Shown here: positions 31,488 through 56,066 of the stretch, in pieces
Layout of the letters: each line of letters starts with the position of its first letter
Position numbering within the stretch: position 1 is the stretch's first letter
NCBI RefSeq assembly: GCF_009914755.1
Contig: NC_060925.1
Strand: one strand, 5' to 3'
Length of the DNA stretch: 64,000 nucleotides
Source: the human T2T-CHM13v2.0 reference genome, Homo sapiens
Position numbers and translations under genes: made by a program
Notes under the pieces: generated by a model
The model's database searches: none
Seen by the model: only the letters and a program-made list of their open reading frames with translations
What the model was told of the DNA's origin: nothing

Positions 31488-31869
31488 TGAAATGAAATGA
31501 AATGATGCAATGATGACATGAAATGAAATGATGAAATGATGAAATGAAATGACATGATAAAATGATGAAATGAAATGAAATGATGAGATGAAATGAAATG
31601 GTGAAATGATGAAATGAAATGCTGAAATGAAATGAAATGATGAAATGAAATGAGATGAAATGAAATGATGAAATGATGAAATGGAATGATGAAATAAAAT
31701 GATGAAATGATGAAATGGTGCAATGAAATGAGGAAATTAAATGCTGAAATGAAATGATGAAGTGAAATGGTGAAATGAAATGAAAGGACGAAATGATGAA
31801 ATGAAGAAATGGTATGAAATGATGAAATGAAATGATGAAATGAAGTGAAATGTTGAAATAATGAAATGA
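31488..31869. repeat. (GAAAT)n/(GAT) compound microsatellite, about 380 bp
   Basis: tgaaatgaaatgaaatgatg... directly visible. Confidence 0.95.
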
Positions 31870-32053
31870 GGGGTGGAGCCAAGATGGCCTAATAGGAACA
31901 GCTCCGGTCTACAACTCCCAGCATGAGCGACGCAGAAGACGGGTGATTTCTGCATTTCCATCTGAGGTACCGGGTTCATCTCACTAAGGGAGTGCCAAAC
32001 AGTGGGTGCAGCCCACCGTATGGGAGCCGAAGCAGGGTGAGGCATTGCCTCAC

Positions 32054-32308
32054 TCAGGAAGCACAAGGGGTCAGGAAGTTCCCTTTCCTAGTCAAAGAAC
32101 GGGGTGACAGACGGCACCTGGAAAATCGGGTCACTCTCACCCTAATGCTGCACTTTTCCAACAGGCTTAGAAAACGGCACACCAGGAGATTGTGTCCTGC
32201 ACCTGGCTCGGAGGGTCTTATGCCAATGGAGTCTTGCTGATTGCTAGCACGGCACTCTGAGATCAAACTGCAAGGCGGCAGCGAGGCTGGGGGAGTGGGG
32301 CCCGCCAT
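32054..32308 (-). CDS. L1 antisense ORF0-like open frame (84 aa)
   Basis: MAGPTPPASLPPCSLISECRASNQQDSIGIRPSEPG...VTRFSRC within track ORF 32054..32431. ATG context is gcaATGg. Expression unknown. Confidence 0.55.
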   Translation of the reverse strand: MAGPTPPASLPPCSLISECRASNQQDSIGIRPSEPGAGHNLLVCRFLSLLEKCSIRVRVTRFSRCRLSPRSLTRKGNFLTPCAS

Positions 32309-32884
32309 TGCCCTGGCTTTCTTAGGTAAACAAAACAGCCAGGCAGCTGGAACTGGGTGGAACCCACAACAGCTCCAGGAGGCCTGCCTGCCTCTGTAGG
32401 CTCCACCTCTGGGGGCAGGGCATAGACACACAAAAAGTCAGCAGTAACTTCTGCAGACTTAAATGTCCCTGTCTGAACAGCTTTGAAGAGAGTACTGGTT
32501 CTCCCAGCATGCAACTGGAGATCTGAGACTGAGCAGCTGCCTCCTAAATTGGGTCACTGAACCCCGAGCAGCCTAACTGGGAGGCACCCCCCTGTAGGGA
32601 CAGACTGACACCTCACTCGGCCGGGTAGTCGTCTGAGGCCAAACTTCCAGAGGAATGATCAGACAGCTGAATTTGTGGTTCACGAAAATCCGCTGTTCTG
32701 CCGCCACCGCTGCTGATACCCAGGCAAACAGGCTCTGACGTGGACCTCTAGTAAACTCCAACAGACCTGCAGCTCAGGGTCCTGTCTGTTAGAAGGAAAG
32801 CTAACAAACAGAAAGGACACCCATACCAAAAACCCATCTGTGAATCACCATCATCAAAGACCAAAAGTTGATAAAACCACAAAG

Positions 32885-33888
32885 ATGGGGAGAAAACAGA
32901 GCAGAAAAACTGGAAACTCTAAAAAGCAGAGTGTCTCTCCTTCTCCAAAGGAATACAGTTCCTCACCAGCAATGGAAAAAAACTGCACAGAGAATAACTT
33001 TGACGATTTGAGAGAAGAAGGCTTCAGATGATCAAACTACTGCGAGCTACAGGAGGAAATTCAAACCAATAGCAAAGAAGTTAAAAACTTTGAAAAACAA
33101 TTAGACGAATATATAACTGGAATAACCAATGCAGAGAAATGCTTAAAGGATCTGATGGAGCTGAAAGCCAAGTTTCGAGAACTACGTGAAGAAGGCAGAA
33201 GCCTCAGGAGCTGATGCAATCAACTGGAAGAAAGGGTGTCAGTGATGGAAGATGAAATGAATGAAACGAAGGGAGAAGGGAAGTTTAGAGAAAAAAGAAT
33301 AAAAAGAAACGAACAGAGCCTCCAGGAATTATGGGACTCTGTGAAAAGACCAAACCTACGTCTGATTGGTGTACCTGAAAGTGACGGGGAGAATGGAACT
33401 AAGTTGGAAAACAATCTGCAAGATATTATCCAGGAGGACTTCCCCAATCTAGCAAGGCAGGCCAACATTCAGATTCAAGAAACACAGAGAACGCCACAAA
33501 GATAATCCTCCAGAAGAGAAACTCCAAGACACATAGTTGTCAAATTCACCAAAGTTGAAATGAAGGAAAAAATGTTAAGGGCAGCCAGAGAGAAAGGTCG
33601 GGTTACCCTCAAAGGGAAGCCCATCAGACTAACAGCTGATCTCTCGGCAGAAACTCTTCAAGCCACAAGAGAGTGGGGGCCAATATTCAACATTCTTAAA
33701 GAAAAGAATTTTCAACCCAGAATTTCATATCCAGCCAAACTAAGCTTCATAAGTGAAGGAGAAATAAAATCCTTTACAGACAAGCAAATGCGAGAGATTT
33801 GCTTGCCCTAAAAGAGCTCCTGAAGGAAGCACTAAACATGGAAAGGAACAACTGGTACCAGCCACTGGAAAAACATGCCAAATTGTAA
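32885..33888 (+). pseudogene. L1 ORF1, disrupted
   Basis: Starts MGRKQSRKTGNSK. Stop at 33029-31, further stops, and a short deletion near 33,800. Confidence 0.9.
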
Positions 33889-33951
33889 AGACCATTGAGA
33901 CTAGGAAGAAACTGCATCAACTAACGAGCAAAATAACCAGCTAACATCATA

Positions 33952-37772
<3,821 letters not shown>

Positions 37773-38011
37773 AAAATGAGAACACATGGACACAGGAAGG
37801 GGAACATCACACTTCGGGGACTGTTGTGGGGTGGGGTGAGTGGGGAGGGATAGCATTAGGAGATATACCTAATGCTAAATGACGAGTTAATGGGTGCAGC
37901 ACACTAACATGGCACATAAACACTTATGTTATAAACCTGCACATGGTGCACATGTATCCTAAAACTTAAGGTAAAATAATAAAATAAAATAGAATAAAAT
38001 AACAAAATAAA

Positions 38012-40320
38012 CACTAATACAGATTAACCAACTAAAAAAAATTGTAGAGAAAGGTCATTTAAAAAATATGAAGGATAGAGTAATAATCTAACACGTTGAA
38101 ATCTAAGAAGGAGAAAACAGCTTGTCTGAACAGCATTTTAAGTGGCAATGTTAGAGGTTTTATCAAAATTGACCAATAATATTAAACGACAGGTTCAGGA
38201 GGCTTTTCAAAGCAAAGGAAAACACATACAGAGGACACACCTAGAAACATAATGGGACACTTTCTGAAAAGTAAAAGAAAAATGTAAAGAGCACTTGATA
38301 AAAAAATTGGGCTAACTACAAAGAGAAAGAGTTGACTGATAACAACTTTCTCAAACGAAACAACGAAAGCCAACAAGTGCGGTATTGATATCTTTCAAGT
38401 CCTGAAACAAAATAAGTGCTGACCTAGAACTGTCTACTTGGTGGACATATCCATCAAAAGCAAAGATACAATAAAGAATTTCTCCCAAGCAGACCCTCAG
38501 GAAAAGAAATACTAAAGATTATTCTTCAGGTAGAAGAGCCATGATCCCTGATGAAAGTTTGCAGTTAGAAGAACAATTTTTTAATGAAAGAAATAAACAG
38601 AGAGAGAAATTTAATTGGATATTGACTGTATAACAGACTGCTATCTCATAAAGTTTAAAATGTATCTTCCATACAACGGCAGAAGCATATAAGTTGTGAG
38701 TTGGATAAATTAATTTTAAAATATTGTCAAGTTTTTTATTTTTTTTTGCAAATAGACAGATGTACCAATTATATTAGACCCTAAATTCAAGAATGCACGT
38801 TGTATTAAAACAGGTAAAACATTACAAGGCCAGATTTTTTAAATGGACTCTCTTAAAGTTTTTATAATTTATATTCATATTTCACATATGTTGAAAGTAA
38901 ATAATGGAAAAGCATGCAATGCAAATATTAACCAAAATATAACTTTAGTTGTACTTATATTCACATTTTAAAAGTTGGACACAGTTAAGTCTCAGAGATT
39001 TTTTTACACAACGAAGGCAACCTGTGCAGTTATAACTAGTGTTATATTATGCTCTTGGCCTGATTACAGAAGGGAAATGGGAGATCATACCAGACAATGG
39101 CAGAATGAAGCAACAAGGAGTAGAGTTACAGAACATGATGCTGTAACTGGGACTGGAGTTACACTTTTAGAGTTAAAGAATAGTAAACTGGACAAAATAT
39201 ATGAAACAATTTTTTGAAGTACTGAACATCAGGCAGCACAGGACTGTGCTCGGCAAGAGAAGAGAAAGAGCCAGAATGAGTCCTGCTTTATTCCCAGATT
39301 CTCCGTGACAGCAGTAGAGAGGAATCCCAGAGAGAGCAGACATTGTCATTGCACTGAGGAACCAGATAAAAATCAAAAAAGGTTAAGCAGCTGGAATGTG
39401 TAGTAGAAGAGAACGTTTACAGAAAAAGGAACCAAGAATCAGCCTAAGGATTCTCCCAAGTCCCTAAGGCAAATGTACATAGGATGAAATTCTAAGGAGC
39501 TCAGCAAAGGACTCTACCAGGGAGTTGGAAGAAGAACATTTCCCTGGCATCACATGACAGGAAGACATGTTAGCTCTGACCAGCCAGAGAAGGGAATCCC
39601 CTCTGTACCTCCAGGATATTCAGTAAAGACCACTGGAGGTTCATGCCCTAGTGACAGTGCTCATTTAGCTCCAAATTACAGATGGCTCTAGACTAACTCA
39701 ACAAAGTTTAAAGAACATTTAAAACAACAACAGAAAAATACTCATCCTGAAGTTACTGAACTGCCTGCCACAACATTGTTCAAAGGTAGCCAATAAAATC
39801 TAGATATTCAATAGCATAACACCAAAATACCCCCCCCCAAAAAACTCTGACATGCAAAGAAGCCGTAAGATATATATAATTAAGACATATATTAACAGGA
39901 TAAAGGAAGTCATTTATAAATGACAGAAAAGAAGGAAATTTCAAGGTCCTTAAAGTAAATATATTTTATAAATACATATAAATAAATACATATATATGTC
40001 AAGGTACTTAAATGAAAATTGAACATAGGAGAAAAATAGAAGTTATAAAATAATAAATGTGACATATATGGATGAAAAATAAATATTTGAAATAAAAATT
40101 CCATGAGATAGAATAAGTAATGGATTTTACCCTAACATCAGAAAATTTATAGAACAAAATAGAAGCTTTACAAACTAAAGGACAAATGGTAAACTAAAAT
40201 AAAAAAAGCCAGAAACTCACTGATACGTCAGACAATATGCATCAGTGTAACATACATGTAATCAATATCTCAAAAAGGATGGGTGGGGGAATTATAGGTG
40301 AATAAAGAATGGTACACTCA
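38012..40320 (+). mobile_element. Old L1M 5'/ORF1 remnants
   Basis: cacacctagaaacataatggga...gactgataacaactttctcaaac...ctagaactgtctac are degenerate L1 ORF1 motifs. Edges approximate. Confidence 0.5.
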
Positions 40321-40369
40321 TTCCTGAGGGCACCGAGGAGGGAGGATAGCTTTAGATTCATAAGGTAGT

Positions 40370-40491
40370 GTATTATCCACTCATGAAGGTCCAACCCCCA
40401 TAAACAAACACCTCCCAGTGAGCCCCACCTGCAACATTGGGGATCAAATTTTAACATCAGATTGGAAGGGGCAAGCATTCAAACCATAGCA
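40370..40491 (-). mobile_element. MST/THE1-type MaLR LTR fragment
   Basis: aaacacctccca...ccccacctgcaacattggggatcaaatt...attcaaaccatagca. Confidence 0.7.
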
Positions 40492-41869
40492 AGAGTTAAA
40501 TTTCCTTTTTTAAAAAAATCACTGATATGATTCCATTTCGCCATAGATAAAAGCTAGTATTTCAGCCTACCGTTGAGTGTACTTATAGCTCACCAAAAGG
40601 GCACTCTGTCTCGGGAATACAGATTTGCCTAGAGGTATCCTATTGCAGTCAAAGAAAGAGCAATGAGGGATAGAAAAGGTTAGTGATGGAGACCCCAGCG
40701 CTGCATTTTGCAACAAACAATGTAAAAACTTTACGGATTGGTTCTGCTAACTTACTACAGTTTACATTCCTCTCAGGTGGGAGAATTGTTGCGTTTTTTC
40801 TTAAGATAGAAAAGCAATTCAGATAATCTGAAATCTCCACAAGAAGGATAAGAAGCACAGCAGAAACTATTCTAGGCAGGAAGTCAATCCTTTCAACTGT
40901 CTGTGCTCCATAGAAAGAATTGTCTGCACTGGGAGTCATATGAGGTACAGACCACAGCCAGACCTCTGATCCTCTCATTAGTGATTTCAGAAGAAATTAC
41001 CAGTCAACTGAGTAATTCACTGAGTAAAGTAAACATTTGGCACTGAAAGAGGTTAGACGGATAACTATTTGTATCACCATATTCATGAAGCTGGAATATG
41101 TTCCATTATTCGTATGACATCCGAATGGAAGATGTTGAAAGGTCTCTCATCTTGTAAGATGGATATGAAAGAACATTTTCTGAGAAATGAAATTATTAAC
41201 ACACCTGCGAGGTGGATGGAAGAGAAAAAAAAAGAATAATCAGCTTGAGTTATTCTCCTTGATAAGAGAACTCACTAAAAACATAAAGAGAAAAATACAA
41301 GTTTAAAATAATTAACCAAAAGAAGACGACTCTATAGATTTTAAATTGCTGATAAGATTTTAATTTGCTCCAAGTTGAAAATAATTATATTGCTTGTGTT
41401 TTAAGGCACATAATGAGCAATTATATCACACATGATAGTTTCAGCAGTAAAATATGATCCGTTAAGAAGTGGAACTCATAAAAGCATAGCACAATGTGAA
41501 GATGGAATTTGCTAAAATAAAACATCTGCTGAAAACTACTATTCTGCAAATTTAAAAATAAAGTTTAAATGTTATTTGTCTTATTTAATAGGTCAGTGAA
41601 AAAAATGCGATATTTGAAAAGTAGGTGCTACCTTAATTAGTTCTTTATGTTAGACGACTGGTTACAGTAATGCACAGTAAGGTGCTACATAGATATATTG
41701 CTAATTTTCTGCATATACTATGTATTTGGCTTAAATTATTTGAAATTTTATAGTTAAAGTAACAAATGTATACTTAAATGTTTTGACACAAATTGCAAAT
41801 ATACCTTTAAAAAGTGTCTTACACTCTAAATATTATTTGTCACCTATTTGTCTTTTCTCTATAGGAAAG

Positions 41870-42752
<883 letters not shown>

Positions 42753-43779
42753 TGCATTTTTGGGTAATATTTTGAGTATCTTTACCTCCATATGTACAAT
42801 AAATAATATTGTGATTTTTAATCTTTGCTCTTCTGTGGAAAAAAACACAGGTGTGATTTCTAGTGTAGCTGAACATCGTTTATTTGACAATATTGCAGTT
42901 GTGTGTGGGTGTGCGCCTGTGTAGCTACTCTTTAAATTTGTTCTCACATAATGATTAGATATTAACAATTAATTCAGTAAAATGCATATTTTGCAATATT
43001 TCTCCATGTTATTATGCTTTAAATTAGTTTAATCATGCCCCTATGATGTGTAAATTTTAATCTTTGACTATAGGTCTCAATCTTGCTTTGGATCCTGTAT
43101 TTTAATTTATGCTAATAAAGTCCTACAGCTAAAAAAGATTATATAAACTTAGCTACATTTTTACTAGTATTCTGGTGTCATTTTAAATTATGTAATGAAA
43201 TCAAATTTTAATTTGGATTATTGTTATCTGAGTTAAGGATCTAAAGTTTTAATTTTCTTATAAATATTACATAATTATTTCTGAACTATATATGGACTAA
43301 TCTGCCCTTTATATGATGTGCATTATAAGAGCTTGGGATTGTTTCATTTACAAAGATGAATGCTTGAGAAATAGATATTTAATCATAACATTTCAAAATC
43401 TACTGGATAACCTGGAATTGAAAAATAGCCTATAGGTTGAAAAACTCCTGTAGTGAAGAAAGAAAATAACTAATATACAGTGACAGTATAAATATTGTTA
43501 GTATTTATTTTATTAACGCCCTGAAATTTGATAATACAAACATGTAATATCTACATATCATCCATATATCAGGTCATAAAAAATCAATACATTCTTCAAA
43601 AATTTAGCATAACAGAAAATGCACTCTCTCTCCTTGATGGAATTAAGTTACAAATAAAAGTAAAAATAAGTAGATAAGTAGATGGAAGTAGATGTTTAAA
43701 AACAAAGAAAAATATTTGTTTTGGATAACATAAACTCTCAATTGACAATTCCAATATTTCCAGAACTTTGCCTGTCAAC

Positions 43780-43957
43780 CAGTGGAGAGTTTTCCCCAGG
43801 AGACATTTGTTAATGTCTAGGGTTATTGTGGGCATGTCAAGACTGGTGGAGGTGTGAAATTTAGAAGTCAAACGAAACCCCTAGCATTGCTAGGGCAGCC
43901 TCCCACAACAAAGAATCCTCTGGTCCTAAAGGTAAGTAGCACCAAGGTTGAGAAACC
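43780..43957. mobile_element. MER20 (hAT-Charlie)
   Basis: ccccaggagacattt...aatgtct...cccacaacaaagaat...ccaaggttgagaaacc. Confidence 0.7.
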
Positions 43958-44087
43958 ATAATCTAGACAGGAAACACTATGTAGCTATTCCAAGTACTCA
44001 GGAAAACACATCAGTGCCCTCGAGGGGAAAAGTGTAAACATTTTAATTGTTTTATAGGGTGACACAAATCCATGTTGTTAATCTAAG

Positions 44088-44530
44088 TGGAAGGGGCTGA
44101 AGCACAAAATGTAATTCAAAGAGTTTACTTGAGCCACAATGAGGACAGCTGCCTGGAAGAAACAGACCAAAGTATCCTTGGATATGAACTCCCTTTGGAG
44201 CTTTGCAACAAGCAGTTTCTTAAAGGCAAAAAAGGGTCCAGAAGTGGGATGATGCAAAGAGGTTTGTCACAAATTCCCATTGGCTTATGGAAATAACATT
44301 TATTAGTGACTGGCTATACACTGTTACACTATTATGGGGTGTGGATTATAGTGTCTGGTGTGGCGTTATTGGTTAATTTATAGCTACTGTGGCAACAGCA
44401 AGCAGCCTAGATGAACATACAGCTCAAAGAGGAGAAGGACAGAACTGCTGTCTCATTTGAATATCTCTCTGGGCCTGATTATTTAAAGGGACTTGCATTT
44501 CTCACATGAAAGTTGTTTTCTTTTCTCAAT
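44088..44530. mobile_element. MER4-group LTR (MER92/93-like)
   Basis: aattcaaagagtttacttgagcca.aatgaggacagctgcctgg. Confidence 0.45.
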
Positions 44531-44689
44531 GTCCATAAATGAGAATAAATAGACGTAAAAGAGATCTTTTCGAGGATGAAGTAAATGGAATGAAAAACAA
44601 AACCCAAGCTGACCAGAAATCATAGAGGGAAGAAAAGATTATAAATATATGGATTTTTCAAAGTGATTTTAAGCTATTAGGAATAAGTT

Positions 44690-45259
44690 AAATGCTGGGA
44701 GATTTTGTCTCAGAATGGGCTAAAGAAGAATGTCCCTTTTGCCTAATGAAGTTTCCCTGAAAATCACTAATAGGAGGCAGATAAATAGTATAAAAAGCAT
44801 ACAGGTTTCTGCAATGTGTGTACAGTGGAGCCCTTAGAACGAAGACCCAGACACACGATGCATGCAGAAGCTTATCTACCACATGAAGTGTACAAAAAGA
44901 ATGGGGTCTTGGATCACAGGGAAAAAAAAAGAAAGGTTATGTGAGAAAACGACCCTGGCTAGCAACAGTGGATTTATTACCTAGGTGGAACTTCACTGGG
45001 AGCAGTCCTCAGAGAGAATAGACAGAAAAAGTTTCTTTCAGACCTTTGGAGACCTCAGACTCTCAGTTAAACTTTCCTAGATCCAGACAAGGGGGCAGAC
45101 CTCAGAGAAAGCCTGGCTGCATCAAGGCATATTCTCTACCGATGCAAATCTCCCCAAGACAGCTTTGCAGCTAACTTTGCATTTCCAGCCCTTCTCAATA
45201 GCCATTTTGAAATATATCAAGGAAATATATTTAGGGGTAAAATATATTAGTTTCCCTCA
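44690..45259. mobile_element. MER31-like ERV1 LTR
   Basis: gaagtttccctgaaaatcac...cagactctcagttaa...gaaatatatttaggggtaaaatat...ttccctca. Confidence 0.6.
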
Positions 45260-46948
45260 TACAGCTATAAAACATACAGGAATAATTTTTGTCAATGTCT
45301 ACTACAAATTCAATATAACAGTAATTATAAAATCCACCAGATATTGAAGAAAAAATATGTAGAGTTCCTCAATTACAAATGTTGATACTAAAATGTCAAA
45401 TGAAATAAAAACAATATCCAACAATATTTGAAACAGTAAGACAAGAAACTGGCAAAAAAAAAAAAGAAAACAAATATGCACCTTGGGGATGAAAGTGTGT
45501 TTCCAAATTTGGTAATCCAATAATATTAATAATCATATTGATTAGCCCAAATTAAAAATAAATAGGGGATACTCAGTACATGCTAATGTATATTTGTTAA
45601 AGGCAATATTCATGTCTTTAAATATTTTAAATGCTATAAAGAGTCTGATATTCTATATGCAAACATGTGTATGTCCATTAGAAGAAGAGAGGCCTGATTT
45701 TCATATGTCACTACAAAGAGATAGAGAAGTGGATAGATTAATTTGCATATGCATAGAGAAAGCATAACATAGAAATTTACTATCATATTAAAGGAATTTT
45801 AATTCAACAATAAAATAATTCAAAGGTAAAATTTTAAATATTTTTAACAGGTACATTATTATTAGATAATATTTATACTAATTGTGAAAATATTCAATGC
45901 TAAAATAAGATACAATGTCTAAACATCAGTATTAAAACTAGTATAACATTTGCTTGTTTATACAAGGAAAATTCAAGCTCGACCTAAAATTATATGGGAA
46001 ATAAAAGAAAAATTTTAAGGGAGCTCTTTAATGACATAATCATATGTATATATACATACACACATATAACATGAATATATGTTATATGGGATAGATATAG
46101 ATTTAACATGTTATATCTATATTTGTATCTATAACTACAGCTGTATGTATCTACATTTCTATATAATTACTCAGTGATATAAATATAGACTGGAATAAAT
46201 ATAAAGACACATATTATTCTTTGGTAAAAAAGATTTAGTATCATAAAGACAAATTCTTTCCAAATTCACTTATGAATTCACAACAATATACAGTTTCAGT
46301 AGTATAATTTAAAATTTTTAAATAAATTCCAAGATTCATTTAAAGGAATATACATGTATACAAGCAGTCAAGAAAGAAGCAAGAGTGCACTAAATTAACT
46401 TGCTATTAAAATACCTTTTTAAACTTAGTCACTAAAACTGAGCAGTACTGATTTGGAGTACTGGAATTTAGGTATATAGGATCTCAAAAGCACAGAGCTC
46501 AAAGGAGACCCCTGTATGCACGAGAGCTTAAGATGTGCTTTGGAAGGCATTACGAAACCACGGGCAAAGTTCCTTTAGTGTCTTAGTCTTACCAGGTTTG
46601 AAAAGCCAGAGAAAAGACTCAAGAACACCATATAAGAGCAAAACAAAAGGACAGGGAAACAACGTGAAGATACTGAAACATTTTACATAAAGTTGTATAA
46701 AACATTCTTTAAAGAGAATATAAAGTTTAGGATATACATCAAAATCAGCAGAGCCACTAAATAAATAAATAGGCATTGTAAAGTAAGAGAAAATTTAAAT
46801 GGATTTCTAAAAAATATTGACACCTATGATTTTTAAAATATGTTTAAGAAATCCCGTAATTCACAGGGCAGCCTTTCACAACACAGATATATTAGGACAT
46901 AAAGGTCCTTCTGTTTTTAATTTACTAGTGTTTATAGGGTTACAAATG

Positions 46949-53809
<6,861 letters not shown>

Positions 53810-53913
53810 AAGTACTCAGGAGTACACTGTTGTTACTAATTACTCAGTATTGGTTGGTACATTGTCAAAGATCAAAGAACATTTTTAAAGTTAAAAAAAA
53901 GTCTTGGAGGTTG

Positions 53914-54533
53914 TGTAATGAAGGGTTAATTCTGCAGACATGGCTTTCCAAAACCTTGTGCATTCCAAACGTCTTCAGGACTGGCCCTTGACAAGCTCCT
54001 GGGAGATGATAACCTATGAGCCCTTGGTATATGTTGCCTGATGTGAGTCTTTGCATACATGTAAAAGTAGGTCATATCAAATAGCAGATGCTAACAACTT
54101 GATTTCTTGTGAGCACCTGTTTCTGTATGCCTATGACTTTGTGTAATGCCATATTAATATGACCTCTCTTAAGGCATAGGGAGGTTGTGAACTGAGTAGC
54201 TATGTTCAGTCACAGGACGCTCGATGCATATGTGGTGGAATCCTAATAAAAACCCTGGACTCAAGACTGACTGAGCTTCTCTAGTTGGCAACAAGTTCAC
54301 ACATGTTGTCTCACACCATTGTAAAGAAAAGTAGTCAGTGTGAAATCCCCACTATGAAAGGACACCTGTAAGCTCACATCTGGTTTGTCCTGGACTCAAC
54401 TTTATGTGCTTTTATGCTTCTGATTATTTTAATCTGGTTTCTTTCACTGTTAGAAACTATAACCACACAGAAAAATCAGCTTTCTTGGGTTATGTGAATC
54501 ATTAAACCGAAGGGGGACTTGGGGACCCCCAAT
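53914..54533 (+). mobile_element. MER21-type ERVL LTR
   Basis: tgtaatgaagggttaa...ggactggcccttga...aataaaaaccctggac...cttggggaccccc. Confidence 0.7.
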
Positions 54534-55739
54534 AAAATGTATATATATATTCTTAAAAAGAAAAAGAAAACTGGCTATAGCAGATATTGCTGATGACTTG
54601 TCTTCTATGTCCTGGACTCAATGTGTTCACCTGAAATTCACCTGTTTCCAGCTAACTGAGAGCTCCCCACATCATGCCTGTCTTTCTGATTTTTGGGCCT
54701 GCCTGTAAGCTTCTTGAGGCTAACCAGTGCTTCTCAACCACACATAGGAACAAAGAAGGAGTTAGGGGTGGAGAGTTAATGATTCTAAGGCAATCCTTAA
54801 GCAATAAGAGATGGGGATTCCAGCATCCCCATCTCTTTGTAAAGTTATTTTGACACAATCTCCATACCTCCATCATTACTGAGCACATAGCAGTAACTAC
54901 TCATTCACACTGGATTCGTGTTCTGTTTCATTTTCTCCACTTCTGTGCTTTCTCACCCAATTTCTGATTAAAGTATCTGACCACAGATATTTGTTTCATA
55001 GTCTATTTTTGAGGGAATCCAGAGCCAAGACAATAACAATGGGAGCTTTGCAATGAGAGGGTGAGTATAATCATCAGAAGGTTACCTACCTCACTGGGAA
55101 CATGAAGGCCTGCAGAGCTTGCTGTTTCAATGAGAGAAACATGTTGAATGTCAGTTGAATACCTGTATATATATGTGCAATAAGACGTGCCCTTTATTTA
55201 CATCAGAGGTAAGTGCTCTTTACCTCTCTTTGTTGTTGTGTTTTTATCACTATTGCCTACACAAGCAGAATATCATACCGAGGATTTAAAGCCCTCTCTG
55301 CAGGATTTTCAAGCTCATGTTTTTATCATAAGTCACTCTGCTTCCATGTGTTTTCAATCTAATCCTCATTCCTCTGTTTTTACACCAGAGAATTCATCAC
55401 TGACTTATTTTTGACTAACCTCCTTATAGAGCTGTCAAGTACACGATTTCTGCTGTGACCTTACTCTTAGAGTTCAGTCATATAGCCTCTCACTAGATAT
55501 CATTTCCTCTTATCTTTCCTAATAATGAATTGTCAGTTAAAACTCAACATTTTTAAGATTGAGCTTACCATCTGCACACACACACACACCATGATTGGTG
55601 TATTCTCATAGCCTTGAAACACTAATGTCACCTTGATATCTGCCTTTGCTCTCTCTGCTACCTCATTCCTCATCCTTAGATTATTCTAAAAGATTCAATT
55701 AGATCAAATTAGCTAATTATATTTTTAAGAACCTCTCTA

Positions 55740-56066
55740 CCTTTCCCAACATTTTGTTTAACAAAATTTAAAAATTTCTGGCAGTAGACTGTTGAAACCC
55801 CCATGGATGACTATGGTTTTACTATTTTACCTTTCAGTTTTAATAGGTTTTATATTATGTATTTTGAAGTAATGCTATTGTGTGCATACATATTTCTTAT
55901 TTACATGACTTCTTGGTGTATTTTCCCCTTTTTCGTTTTGAAATGTTATTCTTCATCCACAGTGATATTTCCTGTTCTGATGTCTACTTTGCTCATCACA
56001 GTTTTAGGGGGTTGTGGTTTGTTTGTTTTTCTATTGTTTGGTTCAAGTAAGTTTCTCATAAATCTC
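55740..56066 (-). mobile_element. Old L1M ORF2 EN fragment, cut by the satellite
   Basis: gttgaaacccccatg...ttttatattatgtattttgaagtaatgctattgtgtgcataca. Confidence 0.55.
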
